From: Anthoceros angustus
Lineage: Eukaryota; Plantae; Anthocerotophyta
Direction: 5' to 3'
Assembly: GCA_010909165.1 (NCBI GenBank)
Contig: VJWM01000118.1
Span: 1 to 64,000, forward strand
Length of the DNA stretch: 64,000 nucleotides
The translations under genes and the position numbers were made by a program. Shown one piece after another: positions 1 through 12,793 of this stretch. The notes beneath the pieces are model-generated. The model was given only the letters and a program-made list of their open reading frames with translations, was not told the origin of the DNA and ran no database searches. How positions within the stretch are numbered: the stretch's first letter is position 1; every line of letters begins with the position of its first letter.

Positions 1-1197
1 TCGTTGTAGGTCGAGGATTGGTGATTTTTGAGCAAAGGCAAGTGGTGTAGTCACGTAAGAGGAGAGTAGAGGGCGCTTTTGTTTAAGAGGCCGAGGTATT
101 GTGTCACCGCAAGTAGCGATTGTTTCCCCAAAACCCGATCGCTCACACAAGTCTCATGGGACTAAACCTAACGCATTTGCCAGTGGGATAAGTGCCGCCA
201 GAGGGGGGAAGCCTAAGCCCGGGTTTTCCTCCCACATCTACTAAAGCTCAAAAGCGAGTGGTGCTCGGTGGCTCCCTTTGTCAGTGTTACACCGCTCTTG
301 GCCTTCATGATCGTGGTCTCATCCTTTCTCACCCGCCACGAACCGGCATATGGTTATTGGGCTATTTCAGCGATTCAACATCGAAAACCATTTTGTCGAA
401 TGTATGTCTTTTGAAGAAACCCGCCAAAGACATCCTTGGTCGTTTAACGGCCACCGCAACAAGTGGGACTTGTGGCTCTTACTATGATATGCGCCAACCC
501 TCAGATTTCCAAACTCGTGAGGGAAACTTATCTCTTACTTCAAGTCGATTACACTACTTTTAGTGTGTGTTCCTTAGCAAAGATATTTGGTCTTCTAATC
601 TTTGTTTGATCTACTTTCTTTGCTTTTACGCCTCCCAAATGTCACTTCATTCATGTTCTTGATTCATGTTCACATCATAGCCTCGTGACACGCCTAATGA
701 TCTATAAAGAAATAAATATAATAGTAATGAAAATAGTACTTAAAATACTAAAAATTTATATAAAACATAAATCATATACAAAAAAGAAATAGAACATATA
801 TTTAAAATAAACTGATATGTCACTTCAAGTTACTTGAAATAATATTTACGAATCTAATAGTATTTGCTACCTTGGTGTCGCATTTTATAATTCTTTGCAA
901 ACCGGTCTTATTCATGAAGTTTATATGAGAATTCTCCTTATGATCCTTCCGCAAAACCGGTCTTATTCATGAAGTTTATGAGAATTTGCTGCAAAGTTTT
1001 ACTTCTTCCTCTCAAATCCAAGAAAGACTTGTCACGCTTTACTTCTTTCTCTCAAATCCATAAAAGACTTGTCATATTTAATGCTCTTATGTGCTTTGTT
1101 TTTTAGTATCTCGCACATTCCCTTTATCATCTAATGGTAGGCGCGAGAGCTTAACGAACAAGAGACGTATTAGGAAATATGAATATGACGAGACCAA

Positions 1198-1291
1198 GGG
1201 GGACCACCATCTAAGCCTAAGTATTTCTCAGTGACCAATAGCGTACAAGTATCGTGAGGGAAAGGTGAAAACAACCCTAGGAAAGGGAGTG
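1198..1291 (+). pseudogene. rrn26: Mitochondrial-type LSU (rrn26) rRNA fragment (NUMT), copy 1
   Basis: ggggaccaccatctaagcctaagtatttctcagtgaccaatagcgtacaagtatcgtgagggaaaggtgaaaacaacccta matches the conserved LSU domain I segment. AAGCCTAAGTA and GCGTACAAGTA are the plant-mitochondrial form as recalled. Only ~100-150 bp is present. Confidence 0.75.
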
Positions 1292-1540
1292 TTACTTAGA
1301 GTTACTTAAAATAGTATTTACTTAGATTAATATTACATATAGTCATTAAAATAGCATTTAAAATACTTAGTACTTGAAATAGTCGTTACTTGATTAAAGC
1401 TACCCATCTAAAAATGCCAATAAATCCCTTTTAAATAGGACTTCCCGCCATCGAAGTTTGTATAAACTTTTTTCTTAGTTACGTGACAAATAAACAAGGA
1501 TATAGATACGTTTGCACAAGAAGACGAAAGTCTGTTCAGC

Positions 1541-2354
1541 ATGAGTCATGCTTCAATGTCACTTGTAGCTTATTTGGCGCATCTTAGGGCGAGAGTGATG
1601 GAGTTTGAGGAGGATCGATCCGATGGACATTGATCGAATTACGAGGAGGGTGAGCTCTACTTGAGGAGGAAGAGTACGAGGAGGAGGACGACCACACGCC
1701 GAGAGTAGTGAAGGGTCCTTCGAGGATGATTACTACGTCAGCATGCTGGATCATGATTGGAAGCATACTCCACCTTCTCGCTCGCACCCTATCAACATCT
1801 AGAGGACATGGAAAAGGTACACATATATCAAGAGTCCATGGAACACTTATGCCCGCTTGTTTCCTATAGATTGTGTAGAACAACTCTTAGGCTGGGCTCG
1901 TTTAATCAATTCTACACCAAACCTCCTCTTGCAGGTATATTGTCCCCAAATCCCTAGGATGTAGACTCGATACGTGGAGTTATGGTGCTCGGGCATCCAC
2001 CAAGAAGAGGGCTGGATTTGGTTTATTGCCGAGACAACCCATGGGAAATCGACTCGCAGAGCCAAAGCCTCCTACATGTCTCATCTATTGAGGCGGAGTA
2101 TGAGGCACTCGCAGTTTAAGCAAGGCTCTCCAGCTCAACGCATTGAAGCTTAAAGCTCATGCCGATGATGAATTTGTAGTCCGGAGCTGGGAGGGCCAAG
2201 TACCTCGGACACAAAACTCAAAGATCCTTTGGGATCTACATATTGCGCCTTGGTCCGACTTAGGTTTTCAAGTCCTTTGAGATCAAGCAAGTTAGTCCTT
2301 ACGAGGGGTTGAAGCAAAGGCGCACTATCTTGCACCTGTGCTATTATATCTTAA
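1541..2354 (+). pseudogene. RNase H1-like gene, copy R1 (frameshifted)
   Basis: ATG AGT CAT GCT... to ...ATA TCT TAA. Frames join to MSHAS..EEEEYEEE..WELWCSGAS..AEYEAL..HADDEFVV..AHYLA. Confidence 0.75.
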
Positions 2355-2586
2355 GTGAGGTATCCCAACTGCATGTGACCTCAAAGAGATGGTGTAATTG
2401 CATTTCGAGATGTAATGCGAAGTTGTAGCGTTGTCCTTAGAGTTATTGTCGCTTAGCTATGAACAATGTCTAGGTAGAAATGGTTTGTCCACATAAAAGG
2501 GAATATGTCCGGAAATCGGGTTTTTGAGGGATTTTCTAATTGAAAAGTAGTGTTCACAAGCGCCGTGCCACAACTTGCGAACCACT

Positions 2587-2728
2587 TAGGTGTAGAAACC
2601 CTATATAGGTAGAAACCCCATATAGGTGTAGAAACCCTATATAGGTAGAAACCCTATATAGGTGTAGAAACCCCATATAGGTGTAGAAACCCTATATAGG
2701 TGTAGAAACCCCATATAGGTGTAGAAAC
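2587..2728. repeat. 19-bp minisatellite (TAGGTGTAGAAACCCTATA)n containing telo-box AAACCCTA
   Basis: About 7 direct tandem copies with no spacers. Confidence 0.95.
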
Positions 2729-2729
2729 G

Positions 2730-4075
2730 GATGTTGCTCACGCATAATTTTCATTCCGCAATAATATTATGCTTGCTTGGATATCCTTTTTGCCTAATGC
2801 CTTTGTGCCTAATTCTTTTATGGATGATTGGGAACATGTCCAGATCACACTTGTTCCTTCCAATGCCTCTCCTCTCTTACTTTGTATTGACTAGGCGGCA
2901 AGTGCGTTGGATCCGCTTCTCTTTTTACAATTTCGAGACAAGGCTTTAACTTTGAACCCGTCATGATGGGAAGAAGATCTTTCTATCGTGTGTGTGCATT
3001 GTATACATGAGCGATGAGTTAATGCTTGACTAGTATTGTTGGACATGGTTACACAACTATTTAGACTATTTCATCAAAAGCTTAGCATTTTGTTGAAAAG
3101 TAAGGAGGTGAACCCATCTACCATAAAAGACATCTTAGTAAGAAGAAGCAATTGAGCTCAATGTTTGTGCTTAATGGTCCATAGTGGATTTTTCTTCTTC
3201 TAAAAGCACTTGCAGCATGTTGGTTGTCATCACTCGCTTGTCACCTAAACATTGAAAGAGTTGTTTTATCCAAATTGTAGCAATTCTTTGGAGTCTTGAA
3301 TATATCAAGATAAAGAAGCCCAATAAATATGTACAATTGTCTTCACTGTGGCTACATATGAGAGAAGGCTATGCTCATGAGGGGCAAAGCACGGACCTGG
3401 ACTTTGGATTTCTCCCATGGGCTAGAATTACGTAACACACAAAAGGAGACTTGATAGAAACTTCCTTATTGCTCATAGAAAACATATATACATATACCAT
3501 GCATGAATAGTGAACCCGGATGCGCCCATAGACACAAAATTACAAGCCTCGTAGCCGATTAGGGAAGTGAGTTAGTTCCTCCTTAATTGCACCGCAAAAT
3601 ACTCAAAGGGATTGAAAGATCCGCATAACATAGATTACTATGAGTGACTTCAAATCTTGTAAGGATGAGTTTGGTTAGGGAAGTTGAGTGTTTTCTCTCC
3701 TTAATTGCATCTTTCTTGCAAAATACTCAAAGGGATTGAAAGATCCGCATAACATAGATATTACTATGAGGCTAGCTTCAACAAATCTTGTAAGGGATGA
3801 TTTTGGTTTGGGGAAATGAGTAGTGTTAGTTTCTCTTCCTTAATTGCATTTTTCTTGCAAAATACTCAAAAGGGATTGAAAGCTCTGACATAACATAGAT
3901 ATTACTCTGGGGCTAGCTTCAACAAATCTTGTAAGGGATGAGTTTGGTAGCTATTGTGAGGAAATATTACCGTAGTAGTGTCTGTCTGAGACATTGTGGA
4001 CTAGCCCGTGAGTATTCGAAATCAACAGGCTGCATCCAGAGTTCGATTAGTAGAGAGCCTCTACAATGGTTCGTC
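2730..4075. repeat. Unidentified degenerate interspersed repeat with internal ~120-bp sub-repeats (also ~21660-23020, ~42530-43085, ~43645-44885)
   Basis: Recurs in each unit. Internal repeats of aaaatactcaaagggattgaaagatc...catagatattact...aaatcttgtaagggatgagtttgg. No recognisable protein motif. Confidence 0.6.
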
Positions 4076-4081
4076 GTATAT

Positions 4082-4087
<6 letters not shown>

Positions 4088-4115
<28 letters not shown>
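4088..4115. repeat. (TA)n microsatellite (homologous tracts at ~23026-23060 and ~44892-44915)
   Basis: Direct reading. Confidence 0.95.
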
Positions 4116-4117
<2 letters not shown>

Positions 4118-4605
4118 AAGGTAAGGAGTAAATAATGAAGAACAATAATAGCAATATTATATGTAAAATAAAACTTATATGTAGAATAGAGTAGACGTTA
4201 TTAATATACGAGATGGGAAACTTATATGTTACTTAAAGTTACTTGAAATAGTACATACTAAGATCAATATTACATACAAGAGTTAAAATAGCACTTAAAA
4301 TATTTCATACTTGTACAATAATAGGAATCATATATATTCAAAATACAACTTATATGTTACTTAAAATAGTATTTACTTAGATTAATATTATATATAGTAG
4401 TTAACTTGTACTTAAAATACTTAGTGCTTAAAATAGTCACTTGATAAAAGCTACCTTTCTAAAATGCCAATTCATCCCTTTAAATACGACTTCCGTGATC
4501 AAATATTGTAAAATCTTTTATTAGTTACATAACTAATAAATGGAAATACAAACACGCTTTGAACTTCCAACTTCCGAGAGCCAAGAAGACGAAGTCTCGC
4601 TCACC

Positions 4606-5419
4606 ATGAATCATGCTTCATCGCCATTTGTAGCTTATTTGGCGCATCTCGGGGCAAGAGTGATGGAGTTTGAGGAGGATCTGCACGATGGACATTGATC
4701 AATTACGAGGAGGGTGAGCCTACGGAGGAGGAAGAGTACGAGGAGGAGGACGACCACACGCCTGTAGAGTAGTGAAGGGTCCTTCGAGGATGATTACTAC
4801 GTCGCGGTGGATCATGATTGGAAGCATACTGCCACCTTCGCTTTCTCAGACCCTATCAACATCTAGAGGACATGGAAAAGGTACATATATCAAGAGTCCA
4901 TGGAACACTCTTATGCCCGCTTGTTTCCTATAGATTGTGTAGAACAACTCTTAGGGTCGGGCCTGCTTTCTAATCAATTCTACACCAAACCTCCTCTTGC
5001 AGTATATTGTCCCCAAATCCCTAGGACAGAGACCGACGTGGGAGTTATGGTGCTGGGGCATCCACCAAGAAGAGGGCTGGATTTGGTTTATTCTTTGAGA
5101 CAACCCACTGGGAAATCGATTCTCGCAGAGCCAAAGCCTCCTACATGTCTCATCTATTGAGGCGGAGTATGAGGCACTGCAGTTTAAGCAAGGCTCTCCA
5201 GCTCAATGCATTGAAGCTTAAAGCTCATGCCGATGACGATTTGTAGTCCGGAGCTATGGAGGGCGCCTGGCACCGGACACAAAACTCAAAGATCCTTTGG
5301 GATCTACATATTGCGCCTTGGTCCGACTTAGGTTTTCAAGTCCTTTGAGATCAAGCAAGTTAGTCCTTACGAGGGGTTGAAAAGGCGCACTATCTTGCAC
5401 CTGTGCTATTATATCTTAA
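4606..5419 (+). pseudogene. RNase H1-like gene, copy R2 (frameshifted)
   Basis: Same motifs as R1; ATG AAT CAT GCT start and TAA at 5417-5419. Confidence 0.75.
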
Positions 5420-7390
5420 GTGAGCTATCCCAACTATGTGTGACCTCAAAGAGATGGTGTACCAAGACTTTCGAGATGTAATCGAGAAGGAAGTTGTCCT
5501 TAGAGTTATTGTCGCTCATATGAGCAATGTCTAGGTAGAAATGGTTTGTCCACATAAAAGGGAATACGTCCGAAATTGGGTTTTTGAGGGATTTTCTAAT
5601 TGAAAAGTAGTGTTCACAAGCGTGCCACAACTTCATGAACCACTTAATCCTTATGTGTTGTATCCATGCCACACAAGCATTTCCGCTTGAAAATGGATCT
5701 GTTCTTGAGTGCACAAACTTGTTTGTGCACTCATATTAGTTATGCATATTAAATGCTTGATATTTTTAAACGAGGACACTTTATAAGGTTTTAGGGTTAA
5801 TGGAAAACTCTTGTTTTGGTAACATCTACCAACGCCAATAGTGCAAGAAGATCGCCTTTGTGGATCTACCCTAAGATCCAAGGATTATCGATTAAGAAAC
5901 ATCCTTCGGAGGTCCAGTGAAATGCAATGCCAAGTTCCGCCTCGCTTTGGTCCATTCCATTTATCGTGATCGGATATATCGAGTAGGATGGCTTGTACAC
6001 TTGATACGGTGCTTAGGTAGCGTTTGTTCCTCGCTTAACTCTAACCGATGCGCCGTTCCATCTCAAGTCTTCTCGCCAAGACAAAAGCATTGATGTCAAA
6101 TCCATGTGCACAAACAATAATATGATCAACCTCTAGCAAGGTGCCCAAACGACTTTTTGCTCTCTAGACATTACTCTTGTTTGCATCAATCGATGTGAGT
6201 GCTCAAACTTGGCGCACTGACATTAACCGACGCAACATGGTGCGCAAGCATGACCACTCTAGTGCAATGCTTCTTATTTTGGTTGTATTTAGTATGTTAT
6301 TTTTAGTAGCAAGTGCGGTTGTGCACTTGCCACAAAAATTTTGGCATTTTGTGCTTTTGTTTTGTGTTTTTGAGTTTTGTAGTTTGAAGGGTTCTGCTTT
6401 TGGCTTTCAACCCTCCTAAGCCTTCTAAGTGTATGTATGATATGTTAACCCATTTGTGCACCTCCTTTCCTTCTTGTCCTCATCGTTTTCTACCTTGAAC
6501 AATCATGACCTCCAAAGATCTTGAGATTTTTGGCGTGGGCCCAACAAGTGCGCCCCTATCAATCTCATTCTTTGCGCACGTGGAGCAAGAGTCTCGTCGA
6601 ATGATATTATCGCTCCAATGTCTAAGAGACAAGGTCAAGAAAATTTCCCAAAGGGAGAGTGGCAGACCACGTGCAAGGGGAAGATCTAGAGCGATGCGTA
6701 AACTTGTGAATAAATAAGGTCATTCACACGCAAGTAAAACAAAATTTTGGAACAAGTATAACATATCATCGTAATCATAAACTTTGAAAACCCTTCTATT
6801 TATTCATGAGGGTCACCCGAGAAACCCATTTCTACCAAGACACCCATATGAATCTTTTAGGGTTGTGCAGCGTTGTTTTGTGCATGTTTGGGACGAATGC
6901 CAAGGAGCCATGGTCAACGGTAAAAGAAAAACTTTGAGTGCTTCATCTATGCGTGGTGAGTCAGAGAGAGGTCTTCAAGCCATTGTTGAAGCAACTGTCT
7001 AATAGGTTCGCATAGGTGTGCATAAGTGCACTTATGCACACCTCAAGATTAGAAATGACAAGTTTGACATTACTGCTTTTTTGTTGAGATGCGGGCATTG
7101 GGCATTGAAAGATTTGACGAGCATAGATATTACCCCGAGGCTAGCTTCAATAAATCTGTAAGGGATGAGTTTGGTTGCTCTAGATATGTGAGGAAGCTCA
7201 ACGTATCCGCCTTGGCATGGTTAAGGTGTCTGCCAGTGACTTTCGGACTAGCCCATAAGTGCTATGTCAGGTCCAAAGTAGGAAAGAGCTCCTCTTGTTG
7301 TTAAAGTCATCCTTACACACTTCTCTCAATATTATCCGCGAAAGTATGAAGAAGTTAATGCACCTTGATACGCCTTCCCACCGCACAACT
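5420..7390. repeat. Unidentified degenerate repeat downstream of type-B RNase H copies (also ~24366-26360, ~47517-49470)
   Basis: Same sequence in all three units, e.g. ORF fragment MKTLLFIHEGHPRNPFLPRHPYESF at 6784 and 25749. No transposase motif recognised. Confidence 0.55.
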
Positions 7391-7657
7391 CTAGGAGTTT
7401 AAAATAAAATTATATATTTATAATTATAGAAGTAAGAAGTAAATAATAAATTATAATATACAAATAATATATTTAAAATTATAAATATTAACTAAAGTTG
7501 TTTACAATATAATTACTACTTTATTTATATTCTATAAATATGACTTCCTGCAATCAAAGTTTATATTATTTTACGTAACTAATAAGCGAGGATATGGATC
7601 GTTTGAGCTTAAACTTCCGACTTCTCGCGAGGAAGAGCGGAGTATGAGGTAATCACC

Positions 7658-7925
7658 ATGAGTCATGCTTGATCACTTGCAGCTTATTTGACGCATTTCG
7701 GTAGCAGAGATGGAGTTTGAGGGGCATTTGACCGCAATGGATATTGATGAGCATTGCGAGGAGGAGCGTCTGGAGGAAGAGTACTGAGGGAGGAGGACAC
7801 GCCAGAGTAGTGAAGGGTCCTTGAGGGCGATTACTCATAGTCAAAGGTGGATCATGATTGAAGCATACTCGTCACCTTACGCACTTTACCCTATCAACAT
7901 CCGACGACATGGAAAAGGTACATGT
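7658..7925 (+). pseudogene. RNase H1-like gene, copy R3, 3'-truncated by retroelement-derived sequence
   Basis: Matches the 5' part of intact copy 49828 up to GAAAAGGTACAT, then switches to tgcaaaa(c)agcattgacatc, a repeat also found at ~13423. Confidence 0.7.
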
Positions 7926-7980
7926 GCAAAAGCAATGGACATCTAATAGCTACAACATTTCCTGTTCTCACACGACTTGT

Positions 7981-10900
7981 TGTGGTGACCACATGGGTAC
8001 TCGGACCCCTCGAAAGGAGTGTTTTTGTTTTGTGTTTAAGTTGTGAGAATCGTGTGGAGTTGGAATATAAGTAGGTTAGGAAATAAGAAAAGTGTACTAG
8101 AGCCTAGTAGGGGAAAGAGAGTCTAGTCCCCGATCACTGGGGAACCTCGGAGGTTGGGTACTGGTTGCTAGAGCCGTTGCTATGCAGGATCTGTTGCTAT
8201 GTGACAACCCGACAAAGAGCCCTGTTGTTGTGGTAGCAACCAAGTCGGAGTTATTTTCCGATAAATTCGGAGAAAACCTATTTGGGCGAATCACGGGGAA
8301 ATACCCGAGCAGGAAGTAAGCAAGGGGTCCTATTAGCAATTAAGTCCGGTGACGGAAGTGACGAGGTATCTTCACGAATCCAAGCGAGACTAAAAGGCGG
8401 CGCCGCGCACGAATCTCGGGCGTAGTGGTCGAGACCGAGCCAGGCCGGACAGTCCAAGGCGGGTGTCACAGTGGTCATGAGTACCAGTAGCGACAAACCT
8501 TTCGGAAAAAGACGGTTAAAGTAGCAGCTCGGGAGGATGCGGCTGGTGGCCGGCGGGAAGCCGGGCGAAGCCGCCGTCTGGCGGCACCAAGTTACGGTCG
8601 GTGGAAGGAGCCGAGGTGACGAGCTCAGCATGAAGGTCGGTGGAGAACGCATACAAGATGCAGCGTGGCTGAGCAATCGGAAATAAGCGAGCGCGCAAGT
8701 TACGCTAGCAGTAGTAAATGGCAGCGTCAGCTCTGGAGGAGGTCTGGAGTTCAGTCTTCTGTGCGGGAAGGAAGGCACAGTGAATTGGATAGGGCGTGAA
8801 GTGGTTGTAGGAGCCATGAGGATTGGTGAAAAAGTGGGGTGTGGTCGGGACAGGCGCGGTGGTGCACGCACCTAGGAGAAGCATCCTGAGGAAGTGATTC
8901 TTGTAACTAGAAGGCGGGGAGCGTGGTCCACGGCCATAAGGGGTCTGGGCATGGGAGATGGCCAGTGGGCAGGAGTAACACGATGGGAGAGGCAGCTGGA
9001 ATAATCAATGGCGGTCTGGAGCCTGAGATAGGGGCGAAGTGCACGAGTCACGTCTAGCGTGGTTGCAGGATACACCTCAAGCCTTACAGGCCGGTAATGG
9101 AGGCGTGACTGCAGTAGGCGGCGGCATGTTGGCGGTCGAGGAGGAGGGAGGTTCCAATTCCGAGTGGTCTGGGGGTCTTGAAGTCGGGACATAGAAAGCG
9201 AGGTTGGGAGGTTATGACTGCGTGTGGAATAAATCCAGGTCTTGAGGGTAGTCTCGACGTGCTTTCCGTGTTGTAGGATGAAAGGTACCAAGCCGAGGCA
9301 AGACCGAGTTAGTTTTGATGAATGAGGGAAATTGTGATTCCAGAATAAACGCCGTGGCACTCCCGCCACCGTGGGGTTGTACGAGCCGAGCAGTGCACTC
9401 CATAGGAGAGATTCTCCACCAAGCGCCTGGCTAAGTGGAAATTCGGATGAGTCGGCCCGAGAAGGCCGACACCAACAGAGGCATGAGGCTCAGGTGAAGT
9501 GGTGCTGGCGGTGCATCGCGATAGCCGGACTCTTGCTGAAACTCGAGCCACACAGTCGTGAAGCATGGCCCCTAAGAAGACCACTCCGTGGCCATTGAGG
9601 CCATATTGGCCCAATGGCCCAACATGGGCACCGGAGAGTGAAGGGTCTTTTGGTGGCTAAGCATCACTTGTCCTTCATGGACAAAAAGTGGTGCTACAAT
9701 AGCCCGGGTTTTTGGGAGTGTGTGGCACATGAGGGAGAAGGCCAGGGAAGGCAACACGAACCAACCCCGCACTGGAATATTCATTGTTCCAGTCCTATGA
9801 GAGGCTCAAGAGGAATGTGGTGGAATAATCATTGATCCTTTCTGAAGCCATCTCCCCAAAATTGCGGGAGGCCTGGCCATTGCTCCCACATTGTCTAGGG
9901 TGGAGAATGGCCGGGTCACCAACAAGTTAGACCCCGAGGGCCGGATTAGCCAGTGATCCCGTGCTCTCACTCACTAAGAAGCCGGAGCACACACGACCAT
10001 TTTCTGTCTTTCTCTATGAGGTGGTGAGAGGGTCCAAGATAGATTGGGCCAGGATGTTCTATGACACAAAGATGTGTGAGAGGGACCACTTGACCCTACC
10101 ATCACCTAGCCCTCACTATCTCCCTTCTTAATCCACGTTTTGACCATGCCAAGTTGGAGGGGAATGGAGATGGTCTCACCTTTCCATGCCTGGAGGCCGT
10201 GTTTGAAAGAAGGAAGCCCAAAGAGGAGTCGAGGAAGAGGCCATCTCTGGGCACCGGGAGTGAAGATGAGAAGTCCAAGTGTCCATGAAGAGGAATGTGG
10301 CGCTAAGGTAGCATGCTAACAAAGCAACCGGAGTTGCTAAGACCCCAACAGCACCAAGAGAGGTCGGGGAGCAACAGGGACTCCAACCACCCTAGAGCCA
10401 CAAGAGCACGACGGGAGCTCACCGGACAAGTGGAAAGGCCAGGCAGCACCGGCTCAGAGCCTGTGGGCCGGGAAACCACAGTCAGGAGGAATCACCAACC
10501 TTGGGCACGCCGAAATGATCCGAGAAAGTCACTGCTCAAGGGTGACCTCAAGTATAAGTGTCGCAGAGCCGGGCCATACAGACAGGAAGGAGGGAACCCA
10601 TCCCAAGAAGGTTTGGGGCCTAACATCACCCTACAAGAGTTGGTCTCAGCTATGGCACGCACTGTGGTGATGGAGGACCGATAGCTCGTCCTCTTGTTAG
10701 GTTTACAGCAGCAAGGGAAGCAGGGGAGCAGCAAAGGAGCTGAGATGAAGAAGGAGAAGGAGGTCTTGAGGGACGCCTAGGTAGCATGGAAGTGGAAATT
10801 AAGGAAGGTCCGAGAAGAGTTGCAGCAAGACCAAGGATCGTGAAACCCTCATGGTGCCTCCTGACACAAAGCACCATAGGAGAGTCGCACGTCATCTCGT

Positions 10901-12793
10901 ATGCACGTGCAGCCGAAACTGGATGCCTCACGAGCGCCACAAGAAGGAGAGGGACGAGGCAAGGAAAGGTCGGAAGGAGGCCAAGAGGGCTGGATTGCAA
11001 GGAGAGCCACCGTGGAAGATGGAGCTTATGGAAGAATCGTCGAGCAACACGAGGAGGTTGCTAAGCAACCGCCGCCGCTAAGGAAGCAACAACCTGCACT
11101 GCTAAGGGAGCAACAGCTCCAAGACCAAAGCTACAACAAGGAAGAAGGGGCAACAAGACCGTGAGGAGGACAACAGCTGGGGGAGCGGGTAAGCACCGCC
11201 TAAGAAGTCTAACTTCCCAATGGTGCATTAGATTGAGGATGCTTATCAAGATAACCATGTGCCCGGATTCTCCTGGCTGGAGAGAAGATTGTCTCCGAAA
11301 GTTTATGTTGTTGTGGGCATGTGGGGACATGGAGGTACTTGATCCATGCCTTGACGGCACCGGATCCTACCTATGGGTTGGATTCTTATGGAGGAAACTC
11401 TCACCGACCCATCCAGATTCAAGAGCTCACCGAGGAGGAGTACTGCGCGAGCACAAGAGAGAGAGGAGTCCAGCTGAGGAGGTAGAGATTTTGGGAGAGA
11501 TTGCCCAACCAGCCAAGAGGGAGAGAGCAAGAGGAGAACATGGGGCTAGGCGGCCTAGGAGGCCTGTGGAGAGGTAATAGGGGTAAGTGGCCTCAAATAG
11601 CTAAAGGCCCATGTGTTATAGAGAAATCTTATCCTCCTCATAGTGGATGAATTAAGAGATAGGCCTCTAGGATTGGTAGGCTAAGACCGATTGGTAAACC
11701 AAGCTACTTTTGTAATGATCTTGGGTATAAGAGGCCCTCTGATGAAATGTAAGCAATGTTGGCCTAAGTCTCGTGTTTAATGAGCACGGGGTTTGGGGGT
11801 ACCAGATCCAGGTAAGTCTAGGCACTGCCTCCGCCACAGGAGGAGCCGAGAAGACTACTGTTGCCGATCCGGTGGCCGATCCGCAAGAGTGGTGGAAAGC
11901 AAGGGAGGAGCCTTGTGGTCTCCTTGGAGGGAGTTCCAAGGTCAAGAGGAAGGGGTTGTGAAGCCGGGAGGTCACTCTTACTCATTCCTTCAGCTTGTCT
12001 AGTACTCACCTTGTGTTTGAGTTTTCGGGTCTGTGGGAGGAAGACAAGGGACGTGTGGGGGAAGAGAAGGTCAAGTGAGTTGGAGGCCTGGGGCTTGTGT
12101 GTTTGGAAAATGAGAGGAAAAGTGAACTGTGAGAGAAGTGAGAATGCCGGACATGGAGAGTTGCTGATGGCTTTGAGAGAGTAAGAAGGATGAGAAGTCT
12201 GTAAGTGATGTTTGTGTTGTCAAGAAGAGAGTGGAGTGGATTGAAGATCCGTGAGTGGATGAGACAATGATTAAGGAGGTAGAACAAATTTTGAGAGTTG
12301 GGAAGTGAGGCAGAGAGAACCTGTAAGGAGAGGGTGGGAGCAAAGGTTGGGGAGGAAAGGTTGAGGAAGAAAGAGAGATCTCAAGAGTAAAGGGAGGTTG
12401 TGTGAGCGTGAACCCCGATTGGTGGATCTACTTTGTGGAAGGATAAGAGAGAGGGTGTCACCTTATCCACTTGATCCCAAGTGGGTCCCACCTTCTATTA
12501 ATAGCCAGCTCGATCCCAAGGTGGACCCCACTGCTAAAATAGAGGGTGGTTGCTAAGATAGCAACTGGTCTGCTGCTAGGTAGCAATCGCGCTAAGATAG
12601 CCATGTGTCCGAGTGTTGTTAGGATAGTAGCCCGTCTCAGCTAGATGTTTGGTGTGTCCGTGTTTGGTTGGATTGGCTATGTTTTGGTTGTCTTGACACG
12701 AAATCACCCCTTGGGTACGAATCTCAAGTCTACAACGATAAAGAGGGTAAATGTGGCCTCTTTGTGACCACTTGGTTTAGAAAATCACCCACA
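7981..12793. mobile_element. 4.8-kb solo-LTR-like / LARD-like insertion, copy 1
   Basis: Starts TGTGGTGA and ends TCACCCACA (TG...CA, short inverted termini). Flanked by 5-bp TSD CTTGT (7976-7980, 12794-12798). The empty site is visible at ~13455-13485 (ttctcacgcttgtgcatgtggtgac). No RT or integrase inside. Confidence 0.75.

Noticed and set aside
192-563. 123-aa ORF as a gene or LAGLIDADG-like fragment
   Set aside because: Non-ATG start and no convincing motif; left unassigned.
1130-1300. Functional rRNA gene or bacterial contamination
   Set aside because: Only ~100-150 bp, with substitutions in conserved positions, embedded in nuclear repeats.
2587-2728. CRISPR-like array from the 19-bp repeats
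   Set aside because: The repeats are directly adjacent with no unique spacers, there are no cas genes, and the context is eukaryotic.
7981-12793. Endogenous caulimovirid or DIRS element
   Set aside because: No movement protein, RT or tyrosine recombinase motifs found; TG..CA ends and a 5-bp TSD indicate LTR-type integration.
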